Shown here: positions 9,701-16,583 of the stretch, one piece after another
Numbering within the stretch: the stretch's first letter is position 1
Layout: each line of letters starts with the position of its first letter
Virus record (IMG/VR): IMGVR_UViG_3300042691_031247
Length of the DNA: 64,000 bases
Reading direction: 5' to 3' (one strand)
DNA from: a virus
Taxonomy: Duplodnaviria > Caudoviricetes
Notes under the pieces: generated by a model
What the model saw: only the letters and a program-made list of their open reading frames with translations
Databases searched by the model: none
What the model was told of the DNA's origin: nothing
Translations under genes and position numbers: made by a program

Positions 9701-11896
9701 AACCAGCGGATTTATGGGAACACTGGATTCCGCCGTCGCCCCAATTTGAACCCCGTTCCAGAAGCAGCGAACAGAGTTTCCTTCGCGTGTCACGGCTAAA
9801 TGCGTCCATTTATTCGTCACATCGGCGTCCGGTACCGGGAAAAGTCCGTTCAAGTGACCCGGACCGTAGCCTATGCCCGGGCCGTCACCAAAAAACACGC
9901 GTACATTCCGGCCGGGAAACGCGCCGTCGAGATCTAGGGCAATTTCATAGCCGAATTGCGGCGTGCTGCAAATTTGATGCGCGAATAAACTTTTGTAACC
10001 GCTGTTAGCGAGCGGATACAACCACATTTCAACAGTCCAGTTTGTTGCGGCGAGCGTAAGATTTTCGGGTATTGTAGTCAGACAAGAACTGCCGTCGAAG
10101 TACCCACTTGCACCGCCAAACTTACTCTGCGTCGTACTGATTTCTGGATTGCCGTTTGCCGTAACAGTCAGCCCGCCCGCCGACGAATCCGTAAAGCCCG
10201 GGCCGTTCATGTGAAGAAGCAGCGACACGTCGTTGAAATACGGGTCACCATTACCACCATCAGTGCCGACCACTGCGTTCGCGGGTTTGTCCATATGGAG
10301 CAAGAGCGAGACGTTGTCGCCGTACAGATCGGCCGTAAAGTCTTCCTTGCCGAGTTCGTAGTTGTAGAGCATCTGGACGTCCTGCAACGACAAGACGCGA
10401 TCCCAGATACCTAGCTGGTCTACCACACACGCAAGGTCGTTCTGCGTCGCCGTCTGGTCGCCAATACCGACGCGCAGCGGAATGTTTCCCGCACTGAACG
10501 ACCCGAGCGTGGCGACCTGCGCGGCCTGTAAACCGTTGAGATACAACGTAAGCGTGTTGGCGGTGGCGCTGTATACCAGCACAACGTGATGCCAGAGGTT
10601 GGCTTCTAGATCCGGCACGACAACGGTGTAAATATCGTCGTCTGTGGCGATACGACCAAACACGGCGTTGGTGTCAGACCCGTCGTCGCCGAAGCCAAGT
10701 TCGACCTGCCCGGAAGCGTTGCCGGCTGCCCAGTTCTGCACGAGCACAGACCGGCCCCCAGCCATGGACGCTGCTTTAAACCACGCCGAGATAGCGAACG
10801 AACCGTCGAGCGCAAAATCGCTGGGCGCCTGTAGGTAGTTGTTTCCGCCAGTAAACTCCGCGGCGTTTTCAATGACACCCGAGTCAAAACCAACGGTGCC
10901 GGTCTGGGTCAGCGGGACTTCTGCGTCAGTGATATCTAAACGATTGCCGCTTTCTTCGTTCAGCGGCCAGAACGCTTTCATGCCCTCACGCAGCGGATGC
11001 ACAGCGCTTACAACAGACCAGCGCTCCATCATGTAATTTTCCGCGTCCAACAAATCAGCCGCGGACAAGACGCTGTCGTACAAGACAATCTCTGCAATGT
11101 CGCCGCTGTAGTTGTCATCGGCAAAGTCACTGCGCGAGCCGCCGAGCGAAAGGTGCGTCATCGGCGGGACGGTAAACCCCTCGACTGACACCGTGTTTAA
11201 ACCATTTAACCGCGTAGACAAACCGGCCAGACTAAACTGCAATGTGTAGACAACCGGTACAAGATTATCGACTGCCTGTGTTGCGCTATATTCACCGTCA
11301 AAAAATACGCCAAACTCTCCGCCTGTTTCTGTACCGCACAACACAAGCTCTGTGTTGTTGTTAGCCGTATATGCCGCAATAACTTTACCGTCGGCGCTCG
11401 CGCCGCGGCGGCGTAGCGCAACGAGCAGCGTAAACTCCTCGGGCAGGTCCAGCTTGCCGATCATCGCGTCGTTCTCGCCGTCGAACGTCACGACATCTTG
11501 ATTTGCAAGTTGATTGGCGACAGACGGGCGATTCACTTTGTTAGATTGCACAAACTTTGCGTCAGAGTCGGAAGCGTCCTCCCACAGCGACACGCGGTTG
11601 GCAACGCGATGTACGTAGTCCGCATTGTCGGCGTCGAGCCACAGCTTCAGGCCGGGTAACGTAGGTGGACTGAACGTACCGGGTACGGCCGGAATGGCGC
11701 CGGCAGTGAATTCGCCGCCGTCAACAACTTCCAGCGCAGGATTCGAATATGGTAGGTCGCGCCACGGAGTTACACCGTTGCCGTACTTCACCTTATTTGT
11801 GTCAATCTCAAGACCCGGCTCGCCGCGGAGCAGAACGGGGTTGAGAGCGTACAGAGCCGCAGCAGTACCGCGCTTAAATTGAATATTTGATGGCAT
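740..11896 (-). CDS. Giant virion fibre/adhesin (3718 aa) with Mtd_N-like N-terminus and about 16 LamG/concanavalin-A-like modules
   Basis: N-terminus IQFKRGTAAALYALNPVLLRGEPGLEIDTNKVKYGNGVTPWRDLPY. About 12 modules of the type LLLH[FM]DGANGSTTFTDS...SKFGG...FTIEAW...W.HVA..R...YIDELRI.KG.A.YT.NFTPP, plus two WLD-type and two [FY]W-type LamG modules. Confidence 0.9.
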   Translation of the reverse strand: MPSNIQFKRGTAAALYALNPVLLRGEPGLEIDTNKVKYGNGVTPWRDLPYSNPALEVVDGGEFTAGAIPAVPGTFSPPTLPGLKLWLDADNADYVHRVANRVSLWEDASDSDAKFVQSNKVNRPSVANQLANQDVVTFDGENDAMIGKLDLPEEFTLLVALRRRGASADGKVIAAYTANNNTELVLCGTETGGEFGVFFDGEYSATQAVDNLVPVVYTLQFSLAGLSTRLNGLNTVSVEGFTVPPMTHLSLGGSRSDFADDNYSGDIAEIVLYDSVLSAADLLDAENYMMERWSVVSAVHPLREGMKAFWPLNEESGNRLDITDAEVPLTQTGTVGFDSGVIENAAEFTGGNNYLQAPSDFALDGSFAISAWFKAASMAGGRSVLVQNWAAGNASGQVELGFGDDGSDTNAVFGRIATDDDIYTVVVPDLEANLWHHVVLVYSATANTLTLYLNGLQAAQVATLGSFSAGNIPLRVGIGDQTATQNDLACVVDQLGIWDRVLSLQDVQMLYNYELGKEDFTADLYGDNVSLLLHMDKPANAVVGTDGGNGDPYFNDVSLLLHMNGPGFTDSSAGGLTVTANGNPEISTTQSKFGGASGYFDGSSCLTTIPENLTLAATNWTVEMWLYPLANSGYKSLFAHQICSTPQFGYEIALDLDGAFPGRNVRVFFGDGPGIGYGPGHLNGLFPVPDADVTNKWTHLAVTREGNSVRCFWNGVQIGATAESSVPINPLVGVTDITIGGRYCGSNGSLDAGFNGYIDDLRITKGVARYTANFTPPTAEFPDQAGQSLLDPDFDKVSLLLKMDGANGSTTFTDSSPNALTVTVEGDAVISTAQSKFGGASGYFSGGTATLEYTSVLDLKDGDWTVETWWRAEDDSGDHTLFAVGTDNVGGAQVRVSAYPSASAFRLLCDAGSGWINTTLAGTYSIGQWYHVAATRAGNTFTLFIDGVQILSFSYGGSLAAYTGVTAIGFDGGAGGAFASYMNGYIDDLRITKGLARYTANFTPPTASFPLGYTKVVTMPPAGETVLLLHFDGANGSTTFTDSGENGLTVTVHGAAQISTTQSKFGGSSLLLDNSENDWVSLDGSNNFAFGTEDFTIEAWIYVPNNGDAPRWVVSSYDEAGSASPFAKWAFGLNPTTLWFLAESTTPFTWSLIMQCPTPVPRDAWVHVAVARSAGQIRVFLNGVIDYEANSGINLIVGDTVAVGTLFENGSSRHNSFDGYIDELRIVKGAALYTADFTPPAFPHPPLNASLLLPFEGANGSAAFTDLSANNFALTPVGTPTISTAQSKFGTSSGSFDGSSHLELTANSALSFGNLDFTIEAWVYTSNGSADQSIAGGRTTGDWMFAINPNFVGIGFGQSGLSWDLLGAFSFNANQWYHVAVTRQGAALRLFVDGTLVADTLSNTASYTIADTLAIGGRQDGSSVGAFFNGYIDDLRIVTGYALYTANFAPPSASFAPTTNASLLMHFDGANGSTTFKNNAKPAQTLTYEGDVEISTAFSKFGGAALYQPQSGGSVMIPYSPDLDLGTGDFTIEFWYYPLSLFALGSSVIQGGGNPDDPGGDWCTPVNTLFVGINDYGTTFGLGRNCNPFDAAATIALTTNEWHHLAVTRQGSTVYFFQNGVLMGTGTSTQNYLTQQTYGMRICDPLLSTQIYGAQYGVSIDGYLDELRIVKGQALYTANFTPPTTPFSTSTNPAPDLLLHFDGANGSTTFTDSGKNQLSVTANGAVVISTAQSRFGGASGYFDGQSASKLVIPANTNFDTEDFTIEAWVWIDATTCNPDSGCVCEIGSHSGLGSGGLLFAVGERNGNWISWAWFGPDGGNGAFPITSETITPGQWTHLAFTRAGNAFKIFVNGVIGSAENRIVSFNPPDNSIQIGASLNGAPVNSFGGYIDELRIIKGTALYTENFNPPAAPFLNPTITLIPPPGDDPYFNNVFMLFHFDGADGSDVFTDSSTNALTATPNYDVQISTTESKFGSASLQVVHTPGNYLDVPCDFNLASDSWTLECWVNAAPTCCDLSFNILTTNNNQFPSRLTIDFIVDDGSIYPRILTENNVVHSTSLYPADNSNLMPIPTHAPYVPGTWAHLAFVNNAETNNFSMYVDGVRVFSRVAIPPMVQRDAVQIGQQYDNSFDGTNYYLDDLRLTVGVARYTDNFTPPTAAFPDPAGGGGGGGTGPITTFIDTSKHNHEVTATGSAYLNLEDIKYGNASGEFAGGHCEIAMSPEFAFDDGDFTVEFWGKLSYVQYSAVFSTASTAEEAGTYLIGFSDDTNMFGFCYDMDNFTFVSANIAEYYNTWAHYAFVRASGVLKMYINGAEVATANTNINLDGGTQTTAVIGRRWTNEDDYYLDGLIDDFRITKGVARYIAEFNPPTKALPDPAIPPSTQPTGDPYAEYVTLLLHMNGSDGSTTFTDNSYLQNTVTAEGNAAISTAQSKFGGASLYQSVSGSYLSVPYNDGFSFDGDFTMEAWVNPSSVADGMAIVGVYGNGSYPLLISFVYGDNRVRFWWNGSSSITSTSQIQPNQWSHVAVSRNAGVIRLFVNGVQEASANDSAVIESTTNEPLTIGRHSFGGNGSTWFGYIDDLRITKGVARYTANFTPPTVPFPNPFVPGPTADLLLHFDGANGSTTFTDSSVNALTVTANGSAAISTAQSKFGGASVYFDGQSLLRTPATVGQLGADDFTIEFWIYPTAGALAGTAGLFGQRINFEGNYGFVIDLFSGQLRLLISSAGNAWNITEVQNNNASILENVWQHVAITREMATWRVFINGVLVSNFDYSAPLLEINSDCTIGAGGFAGQYFPGYVDEFRVVRGVALYTADFTPPTAPFRAVSDVTPTDVLGCDLWLDSTGDIGEVNGTIVTWADKSGNGRTATPADYAPAPFVAAGEGPKGQNVVRFSGDPNVLDVGYQFNLKNSSGFVVVGQTVAPEDCSTSRPERILSFQPANGFDWQQNDAMVFHHNQNNAGSGLHAVDLYNTGTSVPYSVNCPMEWTVFSYVIDGAGNVRFRRNGVDEETATFSSLANKAGAELLLGFGGDFTQASALRGDIAEIVIFDHALGDAALIALERGLINRCLPPPPFNLLDGLLGYWTLNGNSNDFTANNYDLTAEGSSSFDAGKISGGLVCSGGGYYYPSNSAFNPAGNDYSVTVNLWFKTDAAYGPVTGRPHLMSTTPEVGPYYGWTICWADGGWPPENPGCLYADVRGASNGLWISSNNNYTDGQWHMVTLVIDKDNNTSALWVDGVKKGEIAFSDVGGQYAKMTVGYREGLWNSPFYGTIDEAGIWSRALTGAEISALYNSGAGLSPVPAGDTVLLLHMDGANGSTTFTDSSANEHTVTSNGNAAISTTESKFGGASGDFTGYGDNVQVTPTDPEMFAYGTGDFTIEGWIYPTAPDPGTTIYSQTESGFNYLALQISDGNLFLDHGLTNPGTYVWGPAVSNNTWQHFALCRHNGVMRLYLDGVGGDPVNSDFDFNNLTYLPTIGGYSHTDTYAFNGYIDELRITKGAAVYTGNFTPPSLPFGVTPALLLHMDGANGSTTFTDSGPNAVTVASNGSAAISTAQSKFGGSSLSLGNGYLDSGDFSDFEDMSEGDWTLEAWVWRPSSIDNATVLNLSNAINVPFGLHFWIGSDDALRWDEGTQQCAIGGVVPREQWVHVAAARANGTVTIYVNGTSVGSSAVAPQAGPYRLLIGAMQPNNIGFTSEMYIDELRIIKGYAAYTANFTPPTTPFNT
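743..10320 (-). repeat. Intragenic dispersed repeats of about 630-720 bp, one per LamG module, with conserved DNA at the module ends
   Basis: Near-identical aaacgtcgtgctgccgtt[ct]gcgcc near 4028, 6767, 7469, 8777 and 9460. gcggagttcgtcgatgtagccg-like stretches near 1430, 6215, 6893 and 8222. Confidence 0.85.
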
Positions 11897-11910
11897 GATG
11901 TGCTACTGAG

Positions 11911-14634
11911 TTAGGATACGACTGTTATGGGCAAACCAGCGGTGGCACGCAGGTAATTGATATCAAAATAGTTTTTTGAGACTTTCGTGATCCTATAGAG
12001 ATCGCCGGGAAAGTCTACCGCAAAAATGACACCTGTGGGAGAGGCACCGTCGCCTTCGTCACCATATTCGACAAGCGGCGGGTGTTGCTGCGTGAAATTT
12101 AACACGTGGCTGTAAGACCCGTTATCGTGCAGCGCGATTTGATAGCTACCGAGATAGCCAGACGTCCCGTTTGGCGCAAAGACGCTCGCGCGATGAATCG
12201 CCGTATTGTTGACTAAATCAATTTCGTAAATTACGCCACGTGCGGCAGGCGAGTTTGCGCTATGGGGCCAGTAAGTCAACGCGCGGACGGCCGTAATTGC
12301 CGTACCAGTCGCTGTCGCCGTACCGCTCTCCGCAACGGTGTAGGTGAACGTGCTGGAGTTAACAACAGTGACCTGAAAAATACCATTAAACACCGCCTCG
12401 TTAGCGCCGACAACTTTAACGTACGACCCGGTTGTAAAGCCGTGCGCTGTCGCTGTACCGGTAACAGTCGTGCCATCTTGTACAAGTGCCGTTACAGTTT
12501 TTGGCGAGTTTGTGCTTCCCGGAAAGAAACCGGCTTGATTATCGAAAATCGCCACGACGGCATTTCCGGGCGTCAACGGATCTACATTCACAGCCCAGCG
12601 CGCATGATGTTGACCTTCTGGGCCGAGATACTGGTAACCCTCTAATTCGGGTTCGCCCTCAAGTGTCAACCATTTCGCGTTATCTAGTGTGTATTGGTTC
12701 GCGGTCTGTTGAATACCGCCCCACGGTTGCGATTCGCCTTGAATAACCCACTTGACATCTTTCGTAGCGCGATCGACGCACACAATAGCGGAGCACTGCC
12801 GACAACTCAGTAACATGTCGCCGGTCACAGGGTGAATGTCCACAGAATTCATGTGAAAGAAAGAGGCGTTGCGCGCAAGCGTCGTTTGATCGAAGCGGTC
12901 GCTCGTCCACCACTCCCAGCCGATAGTATTTTGGGGTGTTTGCTCTTGGATATACACGCCGTACGCTTTGTCGGTAAGAGCCTGCGAGCCGTTCGCGGGT
13001 TGTGCCACGAATGTGTTGTAAATAACATTTCCCCGCGCGCTTGGCGGACTTTTAACTTCTAAAAATTCGTGGTTGCCGAAGTTGTATTGATATGTATTGC
13101 CATTGCGTTGGGTCGGCAGAAAACTGAATTCTTTTGTTTCGATCGCGTCTTCGGTGAGCGTCATCGAGAAACGAGTGCCGGTACCGTTGCGGCTGACGCC
13201 AATCTTGTTGCGGTCATTGCCGTGTTGCGCTAAATGCGGTGTGCCGGCATTTTGCACATACCACACCGGAACGCCGTTTTCGTCGTACACAATGTTGTAG
13301 TTATTGACATTGATATCGCGGCGGCTCGTGGTGATGTAATACCCGGGCACGTAACCAGCTTGCGGCGCCGTGGTCACGGTACCCAACGGCATGTCAGACG
13401 GGAGCAAGCGAACGTAGTAATTCTCGGTGCCGTTGGTGATGCGAATTAGCTTGCCGACCACGCTGGCGCCCGGATACGCAACGCCGTTAATCGTCACTGT
13501 GTATGTGACAGCCGTCCCCGCAGATACAGAAGACGTCAGAATACCGTAGTCGCGAATCGCGGAATTAAACGCGGGGTATAATGTGTTTGTATTACCGGAG
13601 ATCGTCGCCGTAATTGTGTTGATGGCACCGGCGATATTCAGCGTCACAAACTCTTCGTAATTAATGTCAGCCGGCGGAATAGCTGGAATCACGTACGCGT
13701 TTGAACCGCCGCCATAAAGAGTTTGCACTTCGGCTGCGCTTAACGCACGGCTCCAGACGCCAAAGCAGTCAATATCAACAGCCACAACGTTTGACCACCC
13801 AAGCATAAACTTAGCCGCCGCGTCACTTGGCGCCGCGCCGCTGACACTAACCGCAACGGTCTGCGCGCCGTTTTCATATACGCGTAGATAGTTTTGCGCG
13901 GCGTCATACACAAACGCAACGTGACGCCACGCGGCGTACGGCAGCTCTGTAGCAGTCGCGGCCGTGACATTCGTCGTGCCGATTTTCGGCAACCACGTGA
14001 GTTTGCCGTCGGGCGCAAAGTAAATGCGCGCCTGATTTGCTGCGCCAAAGTTCGCCACGCTGAGTAGCGGATACTCACTTGCCGCCGCGCCAAGCAGTGT
14101 CCAGTGCGCCGGTTCTGGCATGTACCCAGCTGCGCCAATAAACGTGTGCATCCGCCACAGTTGCCCGCTAATCGCGACCATGTCACCCGGATTGTATGTA
14201 ATACCCTCGTTGTACGCGCCCTTGAAGCGCGTATCAGTTTTCACCCAAAACGCCAATGTTTTATGGCCAACAAACGCGTTATTAGCGTAATAAAAATTTC
14301 GCTTTGCTAGACGCAGCGCGCCGTCGAAGCCGGACACCGTTTGTTCCGAAAAACCCTCATACAGTGTGACATTATTACCTGACACGTCGTCAACACGCAT
14401 GCTGTTCTGATCAAACAACCAGAACGCCATTAAACCTTGGCGTAATTGATCGTACTGTAGCTCTCCGCCGTCAACACCGCCGGTTGTAGTAAGGTCGACC
14501 ACAGACCCGTCTGTTTTTTTCGTGAATAGCCGACCGTCGGTTGTGTTAATCGCTAGCTCACCTAGCGCTAAATCCGCCGGTGTGGGAACGGCGCCAGTTG
14601 CGCTGCTGCGCTTATGTTTAATGATATTTGCCAT
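11911..14634 (-). CDS. Tail fibre with fibre-attachment N-terminus, LamG domain, beta-sandwich and C-terminal arylsulfate sulfotransferase (ASST)-like beta-propeller
   Basis: Likely start MANIIKHKRSSATGAVPTPADLALGELAINTTDGRLF (ATG 14634), a typical phage fibre N-terminus. ASST-like motifs: GNHEF, FHMNSVD, LLSCRQCSAIVCVD..T.DVKWVIQG, GQHHAR, IFDN. Confidence 0.8.
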   Translation of the reverse strand: MANIIKHKRSSATGAVPTPADLALGELAINTTDGRLFTKKTDGSVVDLTTTGGVDGGELQYDQLRQGLMAFWLFDQNSMRVDDVSGNNVTLYEGFSEQTVSGFDGALRLAKRNFYYANNAFVGHKTLAFWVKTDTRFKGAYNEGITYNPGDMVAISGQLWRMHTFIGAAGYMPEPAHWTLLGAAASEYPLLSVANFGAANQARIYFAPDGKLTWLPKIGTTNVTAATATELPYAAWRHVAFVYDAAQNYLRVYENGAQTVAVSVSGAAPSDAAAKFMLGWSNVVAVDIDCFGVWSRALSAAEVQTLYGGGSNAYVIPAIPPADINYEEFVTLNIAGAINTITATISGNTNTLYPAFNSAIRDYGILTSSVSAGTAVTYTVTINGVAYPGASVVGKLIRITNGTENYYVRLLPSDMPLGTVTTAPQAGYVPGYYITTSRRDINVNNYNIVYDENGVPVWYVQNAGTPHLAQHGNDRNKIGVSRNGTGTRFSMTLTEDAIETKEFSFLPTQRNGNTYQYNFGNHEFLEVKSPPSARGNVIYNTFVAQPANGSQALTDKAYGVYIQEQTPQNTIGWEWWTSDRFDQTTLARNASFFHMNSVDIHPVTGDMLLSCRQCSAIVCVDRATKDVKWVIQGESQPWGGIQQTANQYTLDNAKWLTLEGEPELEGYQYLGPEGQHHARWAVNVDPLTPGNAVVAIFDNQAGFFPGSTNSPKTVTALVQDGTTVTGTATAHGFTTGSYVKVVGANEAVFNGIFQVTVVNSSTFTYTVAESGTATATGTAITAVRALTYWPHSANSPAARGVIYEIDLVNNTAIHRASVFAPNGTSGYLGSYQIALHDNGSYSHVLNFTQQHPPLVEYGDEGDGASPTGVIFAVDFPGDLYRITKVSKNYFDINYLRATAGLPITVVS

Positions 14635-14644
14635 GTGCTGCTCG

Positions 14645-15490
14645 CTAGTATGCGCCGCCGTCGATAATAGAGTTGTTGTAAATAACGGTACCGCCGCCAC
14701 CAAAATTAATTGGGGCATCATCGGCGGCCGAAAAAGTCATCGTGTTAGATACGGTTAATGTTTTTGTCGCGGCAACAACTACGCCGGTTGCGTTTTCACC
14801 GGCAGGACCTTGCGGACCGGTCGGGCCTTGTGCGCCAGTTGCACCAATCGCCCCTGTTTGCCCGTCGTTCCCCGCTGGGCCCGCAGGGCCTTGTGGCCCA
14901 GTCGCACCTTCTACGCCGGCCGGACCTGTGCTGCCCTGCGGTCCGCGAATCGGGCCGACGTTGACCCAACTTGTGCCTGTCCAAACAACGCCGTCGCCGG
15001 GTAACGTGCCGACTGGCGCGTCGTTTGGCGCCGGATCGGCGATCAGCCACATATCACCTACATCTGGATTTTGCGCTGGCGGCCACGTAAGCGCCGTACC
15101 TTCAATCGTCACACCGGAACCGGCAGGACCTTGCGGGCCGGTGGCGCCAACAAGTCCTTGCGCACCAGTCGCGCCGGCGTCTCCAGCAGGTCCTTGCGGT
15201 CCCGTTGCCCCCTGTGCGCCAGCAGCGCCCTGTGCGCCGGGCTCGCCTTGAGGACCAGTAGCGCCCGTGTCGCCAGCAGGGCCTTGCGGGCCTGTAGCGC
15301 CGCGCGGGCCAGTCGGCCCTGTGGCGCCAGCTCCGCCCCCGCCACCGCCGTCTGTCAAACCGAGAATGGCCCCAATCGTTGTGCGCTTTGTCGCCAGATT
15401 GTTTGGGTTTTGCGTATCAACAATTGGGACAATGTCGTTCAGCGTTGGTGTTTGTTTTTCAGGTAACGCTGAAATACGTTTATTCGACAT
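14645..15490 (-). CDS. Collagen-like (Gly-X-Y) fibre protein
   Basis: Long [10 protein letters not shown] runs interrupted by a globular knuckle (GDMWLI...[18 protein letters not shown]). Ends in IIDGGAY. Confidence 0.9.
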   Translation of the reverse strand: MSNKRISALPEKQTPTLNDIVPIVDTQNPNNLATKRTTIGAILGLTDGGGGGGAGATGPTGPRGATGPQGPAGDTGATGPQGEPGAQGAAGAQGATGPQGPAGDAGATGAQGLVGATGPQGPAGSGVTIEGTALTWPPAQNPDVGDMWLIADPAPNDAPVGTLPGDGVVWTGTSWVNVGPIRGPQGSTGPAGVEGATGPQGPAGPAGNDGQTGAIGATGAQGPTGPQGPAGENATGVVVAATKTLTVSNTMTFSAADDAPINFGGGGTVIYNNSIIDGGAY

Positions 15491-15502
15491 TGTGCACCTG
15501 CG

Positions 15503-15832
15503 TCAGTAAGGGTCGTCGTCTTCTTCTGGCCGCTGGCGGTGCTTGCGTTTTTTCTCGTGCTTTACGCCTTCGAGATCATCTGCCGCGCGCACCAGCCATT
15601 TGGCTAGTTTGCGGGCATCGACAGGCGATAAAAGAGGTAGCTGTGCGCCAAAAACATCGATAACAATTCCTGCTTCGGTGTAGTTTTCAGCGTCCCATTC
15701 GCCAGCTTGAAACCGCGCGGTCGGCGTGTCTTCTTGCGATTTGGCCGCGTTTACGTTTCTAAATTCTATGTGATCGGGGTTGTTAACAACAACTGTGGCC
15801 ACGAAATTATTCCTCCTGAAGATCATCAACAA
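15503..15832 (-). CDS. Hypothetical protein
   Basis: ORF in gene-dense minus-strand order with a charged C-terminus. Confidence 0.55.
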   Translation of the reverse strand: MLMIFRRNNFVATVVVNNPDHIEFRNVNAAKSQEDTPTARFQAGEWDAENYTEAGIVIDVFGAQLPLLSPVDARKLAKWLVRAADDLEGVKHEKKRKHRQRPEEDDDPY

Positions 15833-16079
15833 TTACAGGCGTCAAATCACCAGCGCGAACGGCCACAAATTTGCCGGCGTAATATTCGTCGGCATCTTCG
15901 CGAGAAAAACCATCCGATAAAAGTTTGGCATACATTTTTGCGCGACTGTACACAGCAACCGGTTCTTTGTCGGCGATGTACCCAACACCAATAAGCGCGG
16001 CGTCCATATTGTCAAACAATACGGCTTCGGGGTTCAGATCCGATAATTCGGCAAGAATGCGGTGTACTTGTGCTGTCAT
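15807..16079 (-). CDS. Hypothetical phage protein
   Basis: Pattern AVLFDNMDAALIGVG...VAVYS.AKM...EDADEYY resembles a common small phage family; overlaps its neighbours. Confidence 0.65.
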   Translation of the reverse strand: MTAQVHRILAELSDLNPEAVLFDNMDAALIGVGYIADKEPVAVYSRAKMYAKLLSDGFSREDADEYYAGKFVAVRAGDLTPVIVDDLQEE

Positions 16080-16573
16080 TTCCTAACTCCGATCTGGAGA
16101 TCTTCTAGAAATAAGATAGCAATATCGCTCGCGCGGCGGTAGCCTTCGCGCACACCTTTTTGATATTCAGGGTGCCCCGGCGGCGTATTTTTTTCGGGCA
16201 TGTCGGCGATTGTGGCAAGAGCGGCCACAAACCGATTTTGTAACCGACGATATTCTGGCGAGTTTAATACCACTGATGTTTCAACCGCAGCGGCGGGCGC
16301 AGCTACTTCTGCCGCCACCATTGGTTTAAGCCCCATCTTTTGCATAGCCCGTGTAGCGCGCGTAAGTGAGTCAAAATCGCGAAATGTCTGCGCGGACTTC
16401 GGCACGTACTTTTGCGCCAGCTGATGTAGCGTTAAGCACAGGTGCGTCAACTCTTCTCTGGCAGTTTTTTGCTGCTGTTTGATTTCACGCCGGGCAGCCG
16501 TTTCCCGCGTAATACGAACAAACTTTTCGCGATCGGCTTTTTTCTGCGCAACTTCCGGCGACAAAACTAGCAT
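16076..16573 (-). CDS. Hypothetical protein
   Basis: Likely start MLVLSPEVAQKK (ATG 16573) just downstream of tmk; helical and charged. Confidence 0.6.
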   Translation of the reverse strand: MLVLSPEVAQKKADREKFVRITRETAARREIKQQQKTAREELTHLCLTLHQLAQKYVPKSAQTFRDFDSLTRATRAMQKMGLKPMVAAEVAAPAAAVETSVVLNSPEYRRLQNRFVAALATIADMPEKNTPPGHPEYQKGVREGYRRASDIAILFLEDLQIGVRK

Positions 16574-16583
16574 GTGAATCCTT

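Noticed and set aside
1-11896. Diversity-generating retroelement, suggested by the Mtd_N-like domains
   Set aside because: No reverse transcriptase in the window and no template/variable repeat pair differing only at adenines. The shared domain is the N-terminal attachment part, not the C-type lectin target.
14780-15340. Tandem DNA repeats
   Set aside because: Explained by Gly-X-Y collagen coding
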